64,000 bases of DNA from Bacteroidales bacterium (GTDB taxonomy: Bacteria; Bacteroidota; Bacteroidia; Bacteroidales; GWF2-38-335), in NCBI GenBank assembly GCA_016936815.1, contig JAFGXD010000047.1, forward strand, positions 2,276-66,275. The letters run 5' to 3'. A program made the translations under genes and the position numbers. The notes under the pieces are model-generated. The model was not told the DNA's origin, made no database searches, and saw only the letters and a program-made list of their open reading frames with translations. This document shows positions 1 to 9,265 of the stretch, in pieces; positions within the stretch are counted from its first letter, which is position 1, and every line of letters begins with the position of its first letter.

Positions 1-2
1 AA

Positions 3-221
3 AATATTTGCCTTTCTAAAATTTTACTTGAAACCGATTCGCCATATCTTGCTCCCGTACCTTTTCGAGGAAAAAGAAACGAGAGTGCTTATATTAATAT
101 TGTTGCAAAGAAAATTGCTGAAATAAAGAATGTTAACGTAGAATCGGTTGCTTCAATTACAAGCGAAAATGCAGAAAAACTTTTTAATTTAGGAAGATTT
201 GACAGAAACAAACAAAACTAG
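3..221 (+). CDS. TatD-family metal-dependent hydrolase, C-terminal fragment (5' end lies outside the window)
   Basis: Frame 3 is open from the window edge: ..LLETDSPYLAPVPFRGKRNESAYINIVAKKIAEIKNVNVESVASITSENAEKLFNLGRF.., stop TAG 219-221. ETDxPYLxPxPxRGKRNE is the conserved TatD C-terminal signature. It is absent from the ORF track because no start lies in the window. Confidence 0.6.
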   Translation, partial: NICLSKILLETDSPYLAPVPFRGKRNESAYINIVAKKIAEIKNVNVESVASITSENAEKLFNLGRFDRNKQN

Positions 222-1245
222 TCAACCTGCTGTATTGCTGGTTTATACAGGTGGAACTATTGGCATGATTAAGGATCATAAAACAGGTTCCTTAAAGCCG
301 GTTAATTTCGACCAAATTCTTGAACATATACCCGAATTGGCAAAATTTGGGTATAAAATAGATAGCGTGGAATTTAATCCACCGGTCGATTCCTCGGATG
401 TTAATCCCGAAATATGGGTAAGAATTGCAAAAACCATTCAAGATAATTACAGCAATTACGATGGTTTTGTTATTCTGCACGGAACAGATACAATGGCATA
501 CTCGGCATCAGCATTAAGTTTTATGCTTGAAAATCTGGAAAAACCTGTAATTTTTACCGGTTCCCAATTGCCAATAGGAACTCTTAGAACCGACGGAAAA
601 GAAAATCTAATTAGTTCGGTTGAAATTGCAGCAGACAAGATAAATAACAGGGCAGTTGTACCGGAGGTTTGCATATATTTCGAAAACAAACTTTTTAGAG
701 GAAATAGAACAACCAAGCATAATGCTGAATATTTTAATGCTTTTCGTTCTAATAACTATCCTTTGCTTGCCGAAGCCGGAATAAACATTCATTATAATTT
801 TGGAGCCATTCACTACGGAAAATCAGAAGAAAAACTTTTTGTACATTCCAAATTCGATACAAATGTTGCTCTGTTGAAAATTTTTCCCGGCATTTCTAAG
901 AGTTTTGTTGAAAGTGTTTTAACAACAACCGGATTAAGAGGGGTTGTTTTGGAAACTTTTGGTGCCGGAAATGCACCAACTTTGCCTTGGTTGTCGGAAG
1001 AAATTAAGAAAGCAATAAAAAAAGGTATTGTTTTAATAAATATTTCACAATGTCCTGCCGGAAGCGTACAAATGGGTCTTTATCAGACTAGTATGGAGCT
1101 GTTAAAGGCCGGAGTGATTTCAGGAAGAGATATGACCTCAGAGGCTGCTATTACTAAGCTAATGTGGCTTTTAGGACAATTTCCCGACATAAATGAAATT
1201 GTTGAAAGTTTAAAAACATCTGTCTCAGGGGAAATAAATAACTAA
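199..1245 (+). CDS. ansA: L-asparaginase, type I (cytoplasmic)
   Basis: 348-aa ORF. Contains N-terminal VLLVYTGGTIGM (asparaginase TGGTIG threonine motif) and the HGTDTM second signature. TTG at 199 is the only in-frame start upstream of the motif and overlaps the tatD-like ORF by 23 nt. Confidence 0.85.
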   Translation: MTETNKTSQPAVLLVYTGGTIGMIKDHKTGSLKPVNFDQILEHIPELAKFGYKIDSVEFNPPVDSSDVNPEIWVRIAKTIQDNYSNYDGFVILHGTDTMAYSASALSFMLENLEKPVIFTGSQLPIGTLRTDGKENLISSVEIAADKINNRAVVPEVCIYFENKLFRGNRTTKHNAEYFNAFRSNNYPLLAEAGINIHYNFGAIHYGKSEEKLFVHSKFDTNVALLKIFPGISKSFVESVLTTTGLRGVVLETFGAGNAPTLPWLSEEIKKAIKKGIVLINISQCPAGSVQMGLYQTSMELLKAGVISGRDMTSEAAITKLMWLLGQFPDINEIVESLKTSVSGEINN

Positions 1246-1322
1246 TGAATTTTTGCCGTTGGTAAAATTTTTGTAATTTCAAGCCCTGAAAAATTGGCCC
1301 TGTTTTGAAACGGTCAAAACAA

Positions 1323-1410
1323 GGAGAGATGCAGGAGTGGTTTAACTGGCACGCCTGGAAAGCGTGTGTTCTGCAAAACGGAACCGAGGGTTCGAATCCC
1401 TCTCTCTCCG
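1323..1410 (+). tRNA. tRNA-Ser (anticodon GGA), class II with long variable arm
   Basis: Cloverleaf folded by hand. Acceptor GGAGAGA/TCTCTCC with discriminator G. 3-bp D stem CAG/CTG with a GG-containing loop. Anticodon stem CACGC/GCGTG with loop CT-GGA-AA. Long variable arm (GTTC..GAAC). T arm GAGGG-TTCGAAT-CCCTC. No encoded CCA. Confidence 0.85.
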
Positions 1411-1486
1411 CAAAAAGCGACTTTTTCGCTTTGTATTTTTTTATTAACGTTAAAATTAAAATTGGATTAACCTTAAAAATTTAATC

Positions 1487-2326
1487 ATGAAAAAATTATT
1501 CGTCTTATTAAGTATTTTTGTGGTGCTTTCTCTAGCATCAAACAATTTGGTTGCACAAGAGGTAACTGAAACCGATAGCACTGAAGTTGTTACCGACACT
1601 GCAGTTGCTGAACAACCTGCGGAAGCAGAAACTCCTGCTGAACAACCTGCTCAAACTACCGAACCTGAAGAAGAAGAAAGTCTTCCTTTGCATCAGGTTA
1701 TTAAGCAGAAGTTTATTGAAGGTGGACCTATGTTTATGAGCTTTGTATTACTTGCTCTTATACTTGGTCTTGCTATTTGTATCGAGCGTATTATTTACCT
1801 TAATCTCGCTTCTACAAATTCAGAAAAACTTTTGCACAAAATTGAAGAAGCTTTGGCTTCTGGTGGTGTAGAGGCTGCTAAAGAAGTTTGCAGAAACACA
1901 AGAGGTCCTGTTGCTTCAATTTTTTATCAAGGATTAGACAGGTACGATTCAAAAAATCCTAATGCCATTGAAATGGTTGAAAAAACTGTTATTGCTTATG
2001 GTGGTGTTCAAATGGGTCTTTTAGAAAAAGGAATTACATGGATTGCTCTTTTTATTGCAATTGCTCCTATGTTAGGATTTATGGGAACTGTAATTGGTAT
2101 GATTGACGCTTTCGATAGTATTCAGAAAGCAGGTGACGTTTCTGCCGGTCTTGTTGCGGGTGGTATTAAAGTTGCTCTTATTACAACTGTATCAGGTCTT
2201 ATTGTTGCTATGATACTTCAAGTTTTTTATAATTACATTGTTTCTAAAATCGACGGTATTGTTAACGATATGGAAGATGCTTCCATTTCTTTAGTTGATA
2301 TAGTTGTGAAACATAACCAAAAATAA
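1487..2326 (+). CDS. exbB: MotA/TolQ/ExbB-family proton channel with signal peptide and acidic Pro/Glu-rich N-terminal extension
   Basis: 279 aa. Has three TM segments and the C-terminal family pattern ..MLGFMGTVIGMIDAF..GGIKVALITTVSGLIVA... It is followed by two ExbD/TolR genes in a tight operon. Confidence 0.85.
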   Translation: MKKLFVLLSIFVVLSLASNNLVAQEVTETDSTEVVTDTAVAEQPAEAETPAEQPAQTTEPEEEESLPLHQVIKQKFIEGGPMFMSFVLLALILGLAICIERIIYLNLASTNSEKLLHKIEEALASGGVEAAKEVCRNTRGPVASIFYQGLDRYDSKNPNAIEMVEKTVIAYGGVQMGLLEKGITWIALFIAIAPMLGFMGTVIGMIDAFDSIQKAGDVSAGLVAGGIKVALITTVSGLIVAMILQVFYNYIVSKIDGIVNDMEDASISLVDIVVKHNQK

Positions 2327-2334
2327 TTATTACC

Positions 2335-2808
2335 ATGACAGATAAAATTTCAATAATACTGAGATACTCTCTGTTTGGCATGATGTTGGTTGCTGTTGTG
2401 GTCTTTATTATGTTCTTTTTCGGAGGACATGTAAGCCCTGCCAACTATGACATTCAGATTCCGGGTCTCAATGAAGATACCCAGATTCCTGTTTATACAG
2501 GACTGGCACTTACACTAGCAATGGTTTATCTAGCTATTTGCGGTATTTCTGCTATTCTATTTCCTATCGTTTTCTTTAATTTGAAAAAAGCCAAAAATAC
2601 TCTTATTGGCATTGGCGTTTTGGTATTATTAATTGTAATATCTTATGCTCTTGCTGATTCTTCGGCTGTGGTAATTGTTGGAAGCGATGAGGTATTGTCT
2701 GAATCTCTGCTTAAAAATGTTGGAACAGGTATCAATCTTATGTTTGCTCTTATAGGATTAGCGGTTGTGGCATGGATTTATGCAGAAGTTTCTAAATTTT
2801 TTAAATAA
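2335..2808 (+). CDS. Small integral membrane protein (about 4 TM) embedded in the exbB-exbD operon
   Basis: 157-aa ORF starting 8 nt after the exbB stop. Hydrophobic segments occur throughout. I recognise no family motif. Confidence 0.55.
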   Translation: MTDKISIILRYSLFGMMLVAVVVFIMFFFGGHVSPANYDIQIPGLNEDTQIPVYTGLALTLAMVYLAICGISAILFPIVFFNLKKAKNTLIGIGVLVLLIVISYALADSSAVVIVGSDEVLSESLLKNVGTGINLMFALIGLAVVAWIYAEVSKFFK

Positions 2809-2845
2809 TAAATTCCGGCCTTTGCCGGAGTGAAAACTAATAATT

Positions 2846-3715
2846 ATGGCGAAACGAGAATTACAAGAAATCAATGCCGGATCAATGGCTGATATAGCCT
2901 TCCTCTTGCTGATTTTCTTCCTTGTAACTACAACAATGGACAAGGATGCCGGTCTCATGAGGCTTTTGCCCCCTCCTCCAACCGATGTTGCAGATCCTCC
3001 TAAATTTAAGGAAAGAGACATTTTTATTGTTCTTATAAATTCCAATAATAAACTTTTGGTTGAAAAGGATTATATGCCGGTTTATCAATTGGGTAAAGGA
3101 GATTCAAGAAGATTGGTTGAGGCCGATAAAGACACCGATGGCAATGTTATTTATTATTTTGCAAGTTCCGGAAGAATGTTAGACAAAAATGATATTGCTA
3201 ACCTTATTCCTAATGAAGATTTGTATGAAAAGGCAAAAGAGTTTATCCTAAATCCTTATGATGATGTGCATTTGCCCTTGTTTGAGGTTATTACCAAATC
3301 TATTTGTGACGAGGAAATAGGAATTGCTCAGGGTAAAATAAATGCTTTGGGAACCCCTACAACTCAAGAAACGGTAAACGCCTTGCAAGCAGCTACAAAC
3401 GACAAGAAGAGGTGGGAAAAGAAAAAAGAAGCTATTAAAGTTCTCGAAACTTATGGAAACAAAACTAGTTTTAGAGAAGCTAAAAAGCTAATTATTTCAT
3501 TGCAAAATGCAAAAGGAACTTCTTATGGAGTTTATATTGCTATTCAAAATGAATTATCACGTGCTTACAAAGATGTAAGGGATGAATATAGTAGAATGGT
3601 TTTCGGTAAAAGCTATGAAGAACTCGACGGAGAATTAGAAAAGGATAAAATCGATGCTATTCAAACTATTATTCCTATAAAAATATCTGAAGCCGAACCT
3701 AAATCAGTTGAATAA
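2846..3715 (+). CDS. exbD: ExbD/TolR-family biopolymer transport protein, unusually long (289 aa)
   Basis: N-terminal INAGSMADIAFLLLIFFLVTTTM is the typical ExbD TM anchor. The C-terminal part (..SLQNAKGTSYGVYIAIQNELSRAY..) resembles the ExbD periplasmic domain. A large Lys/Glu-rich insertion lies between them. Confidence 0.75.
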   Translation: MAKRELQEINAGSMADIAFLLLIFFLVTTTMDKDAGLMRLLPPPPTDVADPPKFKERDIFIVLINSNNKLLVEKDYMPVYQLGKGDSRRLVEADKDTDGNVIYYFASSGRMLDKNDIANLIPNEDLYEKAKEFILNPYDDVHLPLFEVITKSICDEEIGIAQGKINALGTPTTQETVNALQAATNDKKRWEKKKEAIKVLETYGNKTSFREAKKLIISLQNAKGTSYGVYIAIQNELSRAYKDVRDEYSRMVFGKSYEELDGELEKDKIDAIQTIIPIKISEAEPKSVE

Positions 3716-3717
3716 TT

Positions 3718-4197
3718 ATGGCAAAATTTTCAAGAAAAGGTAAAAAAGCCAGCCCGGCAATATCTACGGCATCACTGCCCGATATTGTTTTTATGCTGCT
3801 ATTCTTCTTTATGACTGTTACTGTTATGAAGGAGACTGAACTAGTAATACAGAAACCTGTTCTTCCAAAGGCAAGCGAGGTAAAAAAGATGGAAAATAAG
3901 TCACTTATTTCTCATATTTACGTTGCAAAACCTCTTGTGAAAGATCAGGGAACGTATGGAACTGCTCCTCGTATTCAAATAAATGATGATATTGCAAAAG
4001 ATGTTTCTGAAATAAAGTTATTTATTGAAAGTGAAAGGTCAAAAACAAAGGAAATCGATAAACCCAAAATGATGACAGCTCTTAAAGTTGACGAAAATGT
4101 TACAATGGGAATTATTACTGATGTTAAACTTGCTCTGCGAGAGGTTCAAATGCTTAAGCTTATTTATTCTACCCGCAAGAACGAAACTGCCGAATAA
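3718..4197 (+). CDS. exbD: ExbD/TolR-family biopolymer transport protein
   Basis: 159 aa. Has the N-terminal anchor ISTASLPDIVFMLLFFFMTVTV. It starts 2 nt after the preceding stop. Confidence 0.8.
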   Translation: MAKFSRKGKKASPAISTASLPDIVFMLLFFFMTVTVMKETELVIQKPVLPKASEVKKMENKSLISHIYVAKPLVKDQGTYGTAPRIQINDDIAKDVSEIKLFIESERSKTKEIDKPKMMTALKVDENVTMGIITDVKLALREVQMLKLIYSTRKNETAE

Positions 4198-4219
4198 ATT
4201 TTTCATTTTTTATAATTAA

Positions 4220-4244
4220 GCCCGAATATTTGTTCGGGCTTTTT
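4220..4244. terminator. Bidirectional rho-independent terminator between convergent exbD and ispD
   Basis: GCCCGAA-tatttg-TTCGGGC hairpin (7-bp stem) followed by TTTTT and preceded by AA. It sits between two convergent stop codons. Confidence 0.6.
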
Positions 4245-4911
4245 ATTTTAATAATACCTCAGCAATTTGCAAGTCCTCCTTTATGGTTATTTTTATATTG
4301 CCGGAGTTTCCCATGCTTATATTTATTTTTATTCCAATATTTTCAACAACACTTGAATCGTCGGTGAAACTTGCTTGGTAAGGCTGTTCGTAAGCTCTTT
4401 TTAAAATTGAATATTCGAAAACCTGAGGGGTTTGAACGGTATAATAATCTTTTCTTTCAACGGATTTTGTTTTTCCCTCGGAATCAACCTTTCGTATAGA
4501 TTCCTTTATCTCCAAAACAGGAATACAGTTGCCTTTTTCTTCGGCTTCTTTAAAACAATTTTTAATTGTATCTATACTTACTAATGGCCTTACTGCATCG
4601 TGAATGGCAACCAAACCGGCTTCTGATATGGAATTTATACCGTTTTTAACTGAAGCAAACCTTGTAATGCCTCCCTCAACTAGTTTATGTGGAATATTAA
4701 ACTTGTGTTGCTTACATAGTTCGTGCCAATATTCAAACTGATTTTTTGGAAGCACTACTGTTATTTCCAAAGAGGACGAAAAGTTTCTAAACCTTTCTAT
4801 TGTATGCATTATTACAGGTTTTCCTCTTAACAACAAAAATTGTTTGGGAATATCTGTCCCCATTCTGCTGCCTGTTCCTCCCCCAACTATTATTACTTTA
4901 TTGTTTTTCAT
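4243..4911 (-). CDS. ispD: 2-C-methyl-D-erythritol 4-phosphate cytidylyltransferase
   Basis: 222 aa. The N-terminal IIVGGGTGSRMG..PKQFL matches the IspD nucleotide-binding motif. The length is typical. Confidence 0.85.
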   Translation of the reverse strand: MKNNKVIIVGGGTGSRMGTDIPKQFLLLRGKPVIMHTIERFRNFSSSLEITVVLPKNQFEYWHELCKQHKFNIPHKLVEGGITRFASVKNGINSISEAGLVAIHDAVRPLVSIDTIKNCFKEAEEKGNCIPVLEIKESIRKVDSEGKTKSVERKDYYTVQTPQVFEYSILKRAYEQPYQASFTDDSSVVENIGIKINISMGNSGNIKITIKEDLQIAEVLLK

Positions 4912-4975
4912 TTCTAAAACTTTGCTTAAAGATATTAATTTTGGTTTTTACATCAGTCTTTTTATTGCTTTTTTG

Positions 4976-4983
4976 TAACTTTG
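4976..4983 (+). promoter_or_regulatory. Candidate Bacteroidota -7 promoter box (TAACTTTG) upstream of the 5012 gene
   Basis: Matches the TAnnTTTG consensus 29 nt upstream of the ATG at 5012. A second match, TAATTTTG, lies at 4936-4943. The motif is short and the genome is AT-rich, so chance matches are expected. Confidence 0.3.
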
Positions 4984-5011
4984 ACTAATAATTTCAATAA
5001 TACTGAAAACT

Positions 5012-8000
5012 ATGACTAAAATTTTATTTTTTGTTTTTGCTTTTTTTACCTTAAATTCAGTTTTTGCAATTGACCCCCCTTCAATGATTGCTCCTACTAA
5101 TGGAGCTGCAAATCAAAATACTCAGGTAAACCTCGATTGGGGTTTTGTAACCGGTAATGTCGGATATATTTATGAAATAGATATTTCGGCAGATTTCGAT
5201 TCTCCATATTATTTTAAATCAGACGAAACAAGTTCAGCAGCATTAGTTTCAAATTTGTTCTTTGGCACAACATATTATTGGAGAGTTAGAACCAAAGGAG
5301 TTACAGATACCAGCGATTGGACAGCTATCTGGAGTTTTTCAACTCATTCGGTTCCGGAGCTAACTGCTCCCTCAAATGGAGCCGTTAATCAGCATCCTCA
5401 AACTACATTCGACTGGGTAGGTTATACCGGAAATGTTGGATATATTTATGAAATTGATGTTAACCCTTTGTTTAACTCACCCGATTTAATTTCAGGAGCC
5501 ACAGCTGCCGGAGTTTCGCAATATACTTTTTCTGATTTGCTTTTCGGAACTGCGTATTATTGGAGAATGGCAATTAAAAATGGAGTAGATACTTCCGAAT
5601 GGAGTGAAATTAGAACTTTAACTACTCTAGATATTGTTGATAATGTTTCTCCTAGTAATGGAGCCGTTAATCAACATCCTCAGACGGGTTTAGATTGGGG
5701 TGGAATTAATGGAAATATTGGATATATTTACGAAATTGATACCGATCCTTCCTTTTCAACCACTAATTACCAAACTGGCACAACACCTGCTAATACATCT
5801 AATCATGATGTAACAAACCTGCTTTTTGGAACTACTTATTATTGGAGAGCAGCAGCTAAAACAATCTCCGATACATCGGGATGGAGCAATACTTGGAACT
5901 TTTCTACCTTATCGACCATAACAAATGTTTCTCCTGCAAATGGTTCTGTAAATCAAAATCCGCAATTAATTATTGATTGGACTGCTGTTACCGGAAATAC
6001 CGGCTATATCTACCAACTTGATACCAGCCCAAATTTTAACTCCACAATGTTGCAAACAGGGAATTCAGCTATAAATGTTTCTAATTATACCCTAACAAAT
6101 CTTTTCTTTGAAACCACTTATTACTGGAGAGCTGCTGCAAAAACCTCAACAGATACAAGCGACTGGAGTAATACATGGTCTTTTACAACGTTAAGTTCGG
6201 TAAACAATGTTTCTCCTGCTAATGGCTCAAATGATATGCCTCCTCAAACAACAATCGATTGGACTGCTGTTACGGGTAATAATGGATATTTATATCGTGC
6301 CGATACAACAATAAACTTCAATAGCCCACTTTTAATAGCTGGAACTACTGCTGTAAACAGTTCAGAAATTACTCTAACTGATTTGAGATTTGAAAATACT
6401 TACTATTGGCAAGCGGCAGTAATTACAGCAACCGACACATCAAATTGGTCGGATTTATGGTCGTTTACCGTTATTAAAAAGGTTGAAAATGTTGCTCCGG
6501 CAAACTCTTCAACTAATTTGGCAACAAGTGTTACAATCGACTGGACAGCTATTACAGGAAATAATGGTTACCTTTATCAAGTCGATACATGTGAAGAATT
6601 TAATTCAACTATGTATTTTTCAAGTCCAACCGCAACTAATGTTTCTCAGGAAACGATTGAAAATATGCGTTTTGGAACAACATATTATTGGAATGCAGCT
6701 TGCAAAACTATTTCAGACACATCTGTATGGGGCGCAACATGGTCGTTCTCTACACTAGATGCTGCTGTAAATGTTTCACCTTCTAATGGAGCAAACGGTT
6801 TAAGTATCAATCCTACAATTGATTGGCAGTCAATGACAGGTAATTTGGGATACATTTACCAGTTAGATATTACTCCCGATTTTAGTTCCGCTTCGTTAGT
6901 TGAGGGAACTACTTCAACAAATGTTTCACAGTTTTCTTTCTCAGGATTACTTAACGGAAACACCTATTATTGGCGTGTAGCAATAAAAAACTTGGTTGAT
7001 ACTTCCGGTTGGGGACCAATCTGGTCTTTTACAACTAATTATTTACTAAGTTTTGCACCAATTCTTACCAGTCCCGTTAATGAAGCTATTGATATTCCTG
7101 TAAATGATGTTAATTTTACTTGGGAAAGCATTGCAGGTGCTACTGAATATCAATTTCAATATTCTGTTTCCGCAGATTTTTCAACATCTGTTTTTTCAGA
7201 AACAACCAACGAATTATTTACAACTATATCAGGTTTTTCCAATAATACTACTTATTACTGGAGAGTTAGAGCAGGAAATGGTAGCGGCTATTCTCCCTGG
7301 TCTTCTGTATGGTCTTTTACAACAGAACTTGCTCAACCTGAAATACCCGAACTAATATCACCAGAAAATTCTTCTACTGAAATAGAAATAAACTGTAGTT
7401 TGGTTTGGAATGCTGCTACAGATGCCGATTCTTATGAGTATTATTATGGAACAGATTATGAATTTGTTGCTTTTACAAATGGCTCAACTTCAAACACCAA
7501 TGTTGAATTAATTGATTTAGAATACAGTACAACATATTACTGGAAAGTTAGGGCTTTTAATGGAATAGTTGCCGGTGAATGGTCGGAAGTTTGGTCATTC
7601 ACTACTGAAGATTTTGTGCTTTCAACACCAGTTTTAACAAGTCCCGCCAACGAGGCAATTAATCAGCCAATTAGCTTGTTAACAATGGATTGGGAGGATG
7701 TTGAAGGAGTATATTCCTATGAAATAGAATATAGTACAGATGTAAATTTTATAGAAAATCTGGTGCAGGAAAGTTCTTACGGATCATTGTTTATTATTAA
7801 TAGCGATTTGCTTTACGATACCGTATACCATTGGAGAATAAGAGCTTTCGATGGACTTGATTTATATTCAGAATGGTCTGAAATTTGGTGGTTTAGGACT
7901 ATTGAAGACCCTTTGTTTGTTGAAATAGTTAATGCATTTAGTACAGTTATTTATCCAAATCCATTCGAAAATCTTATTTTTATTGAAAATACCGAGGAAG

Positions 8001-8167
8001 AATTATTATTTATTGAAATATTTGATGTTTTGGGAGAAAAAGTTTTTTCAATAGAAAAAAAGAAAATAATAAATATTGAAACAGAATTATTTAGTTCAGG
8101 TATATATTATTTGCGACTTCATTTTATTAATGGTAAAACCGAGACCCACAAGCTGATTAAGAACTAA
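5012..8167 (+). CDS. T9SS-sorted surface protein made of ten tandem ~95-aa FN3-like repeats
   Basis: 1051 aa with a signal peptide. Repeated signature P.NG..NQ.PQ..DW....GN.GY.Y..D....F.S.........L.F.TTYYWR.....DTS.WS..W.F.T. The C-terminal ~80 aa (..VIYPNPFENLIFIEN...GIYYLRLHF..) is a type A T9SS sorting domain. Confidence 0.8.
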   Translation: MTKILFFVFAFFTLNSVFAIDPPSMIAPTNGAANQNTQVNLDWGFVTGNVGYIYEIDISADFDSPYYFKSDETSSAALVSNLFFGTTYYWRVRTKGVTDTSDWTAIWSFSTHSVPELTAPSNGAVNQHPQTTFDWVGYTGNVGYIYEIDVNPLFNSPDLISGATAAGVSQYTFSDLLFGTAYYWRMAIKNGVDTSEWSEIRTLTTLDIVDNVSPSNGAVNQHPQTGLDWGGINGNIGYIYEIDTDPSFSTTNYQTGTTPANTSNHDVTNLLFGTTYYWRAAAKTISDTSGWSNTWNFSTLSTITNVSPANGSVNQNPQLIIDWTAVTGNTGYIYQLDTSPNFNSTMLQTGNSAINVSNYTLTNLFFETTYYWRAAAKTSTDTSDWSNTWSFTTLSSVNNVSPANGSNDMPPQTTIDWTAVTGNNGYLYRADTTINFNSPLLIAGTTAVNSSEITLTDLRFENTYYWQAAVITATDTSNWSDLWSFTVIKKVENVAPANSSTNLATSVTIDWTAITGNNGYLYQVDTCEEFNSTMYFSSPTATNVSQETIENMRFGTTYYWNAACKTISDTSVWGATWSFSTLDAAVNVSPSNGANGLSINPTIDWQSMTGNLGYIYQLDITPDFSSASLVEGTTSTNVSQFSFSGLLNGNTYYWRVAIKNLVDTSGWGPIWSFTTNYLLSFAPILTSPVNEAIDIPVNDVNFTWESIAGATEYQFQYSVSADFSTSVFSETTNELFTTISGFSNNTTYYWRVRAGNGSGYSPWSSVWSFTTELAQPEIPELISPENSSTEIEINCSLVWNAATDADSYEYYYGTDYEFVAFTNGSTSNTNVELIDLEYSTTYYWKVRAFNGIVAGEWSEVWSFTTEDFVLSTPVLTSPANEAINQPISLLTMDWEDVEGVYSYEIEYSTDVNFIENLVQESSYGSLFIINSDLLYDTVYHWRIRAFDGLDLYSEWSEIWWFRTIEDPLFVEIVNAFSTVIYPNPFENLIFIENTEEELLFIEIFDVLGEKVFSIEKKKIINIETELFSSGIYYLRLHFINGKTETHKLIKN
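5069..7885 (+). repeat. Ten in-frame tandem coding repeats (~285 bp each)
   Basis: The TTYYWR / DTS.WS..W.F.T landmarks recur at ~95-aa spacing through residues ~20-958 of the 5012 ORF. The last three copies are more diverged (TSP.NEAI...). Confidence 0.7.
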
Positions 8168-8337
8168 TTGCCATAAAATAAGAATAGACGTTTTTATACT
8201 GTAAATTATCCTTATTCGCGTTTATCAACACCAAAGTGTTTATATTTATTTACTTACGCCACAAGTAGAAAGCTAATCCTTTTATACTTTCGTAAATGTT
8301 AAGAGAAAATTAACATTGAACTTAAAATCTTTTTACT

Positions 8338-9207
8338 ATGCCTTATAGAAGGTTACCAAATACTGATAGTGCGAGACTAAGAGCCTTAAAAGCAGCGTAT
8401 GCAAAATGCGATGGCATTCCTCCACAGGAAGTTCCAATAAAGCAAAGCACCTTGAGTGAGTTAAGGCAAGTTTATCCTGAGTTTGAACAGGCAATGATAA
8501 ATCAAATGGCTGCTCAGCAAAATCAGGTTAGCAAAAATAAAGGATATGCCGAATTATATAGAAAAGCAAAGCTTTACATATCACATTTTGTTCAGGTAAT
8601 GAATTTTGCAATAATGAGGGGAGATTTACAACCCAAAGCCAGAACATTTTTTGGAATAGACATCAACGATAAAAGAGTTCCTGCCTTGCAAACCGAAAAA
8701 GAAGTTCTCGATTGGGGAGAAAGAATAATGAAGGGAGAGCCTGATAGAATTGCTAATGGAGGGAATCCAATAACAAATCCTACTGTAGCAATAGTGAGAG
8801 TAAGATACGAACAGTTTTTAAATGCTTATCGTTCCCAAAAATCTTTACAAATTACAACGCAGAGGGCAAACGAAAAAATTTCATCATTAAGATCTAAAGT
8901 AGATACGGTTATTCTTCATATTTGGGATGAGGTTGAAAATAGCTTCGAGCATTTATCATCTGACGAAAAGAGAGAGAGAGCAAAAGATTATGGCCTAATT
9001 TATTATTATAGATTAAACGAGAAAGACGAAGTTGTTGATGAAAATTCATTTTCCGAACAAAATGACATTTTGCAAGAGTTTATGGATAATAATAATTTGG
9101 CAGAGCAGAGATTTAATGTTTTTTCTGATACTGAAAGCCATCATGATGAAGAAGAAAGTACTGCAAAAGATTTGCAATACTCCTTTTTCTTTTCAAACGA
9201 ATCTTAG
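8338..9207 (+). CDS. Hypothetical protein with acidic C-terminal tail
   Basis: 289-aa ORF starting MPYRRLPNTDSARLRALKAAY. No signal peptide and no motif that I can name. Coding-like composition and isolated position. Confidence 0.55.
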   Translation: MPYRRLPNTDSARLRALKAAYAKCDGIPPQEVPIKQSTLSELRQVYPEFEQAMINQMAAQQNQVSKNKGYAELYRKAKLYISHFVQVMNFAIMRGDLQPKARTFFGIDINDKRVPALQTEKEVLDWGERIMKGEPDRIANGGNPITNPTVAIVRVRYEQFLNAYRSQKSLQITTQRANEKISSLRSKVDTVILHIWDEVENSFEHLSSDEKRERAKDYGLIYYYRLNEKDEVVDENSFSEQNDILQEFMDNNNLAEQRFNVFSDTESHHDEEESTAKDLQYSFFFSNES

Positions 9208-9265
9208 TTTTTGCGACCTCCATTTTTATAAGCAAAAAAATGATTTTCAAATCTTGCCACAAGAT

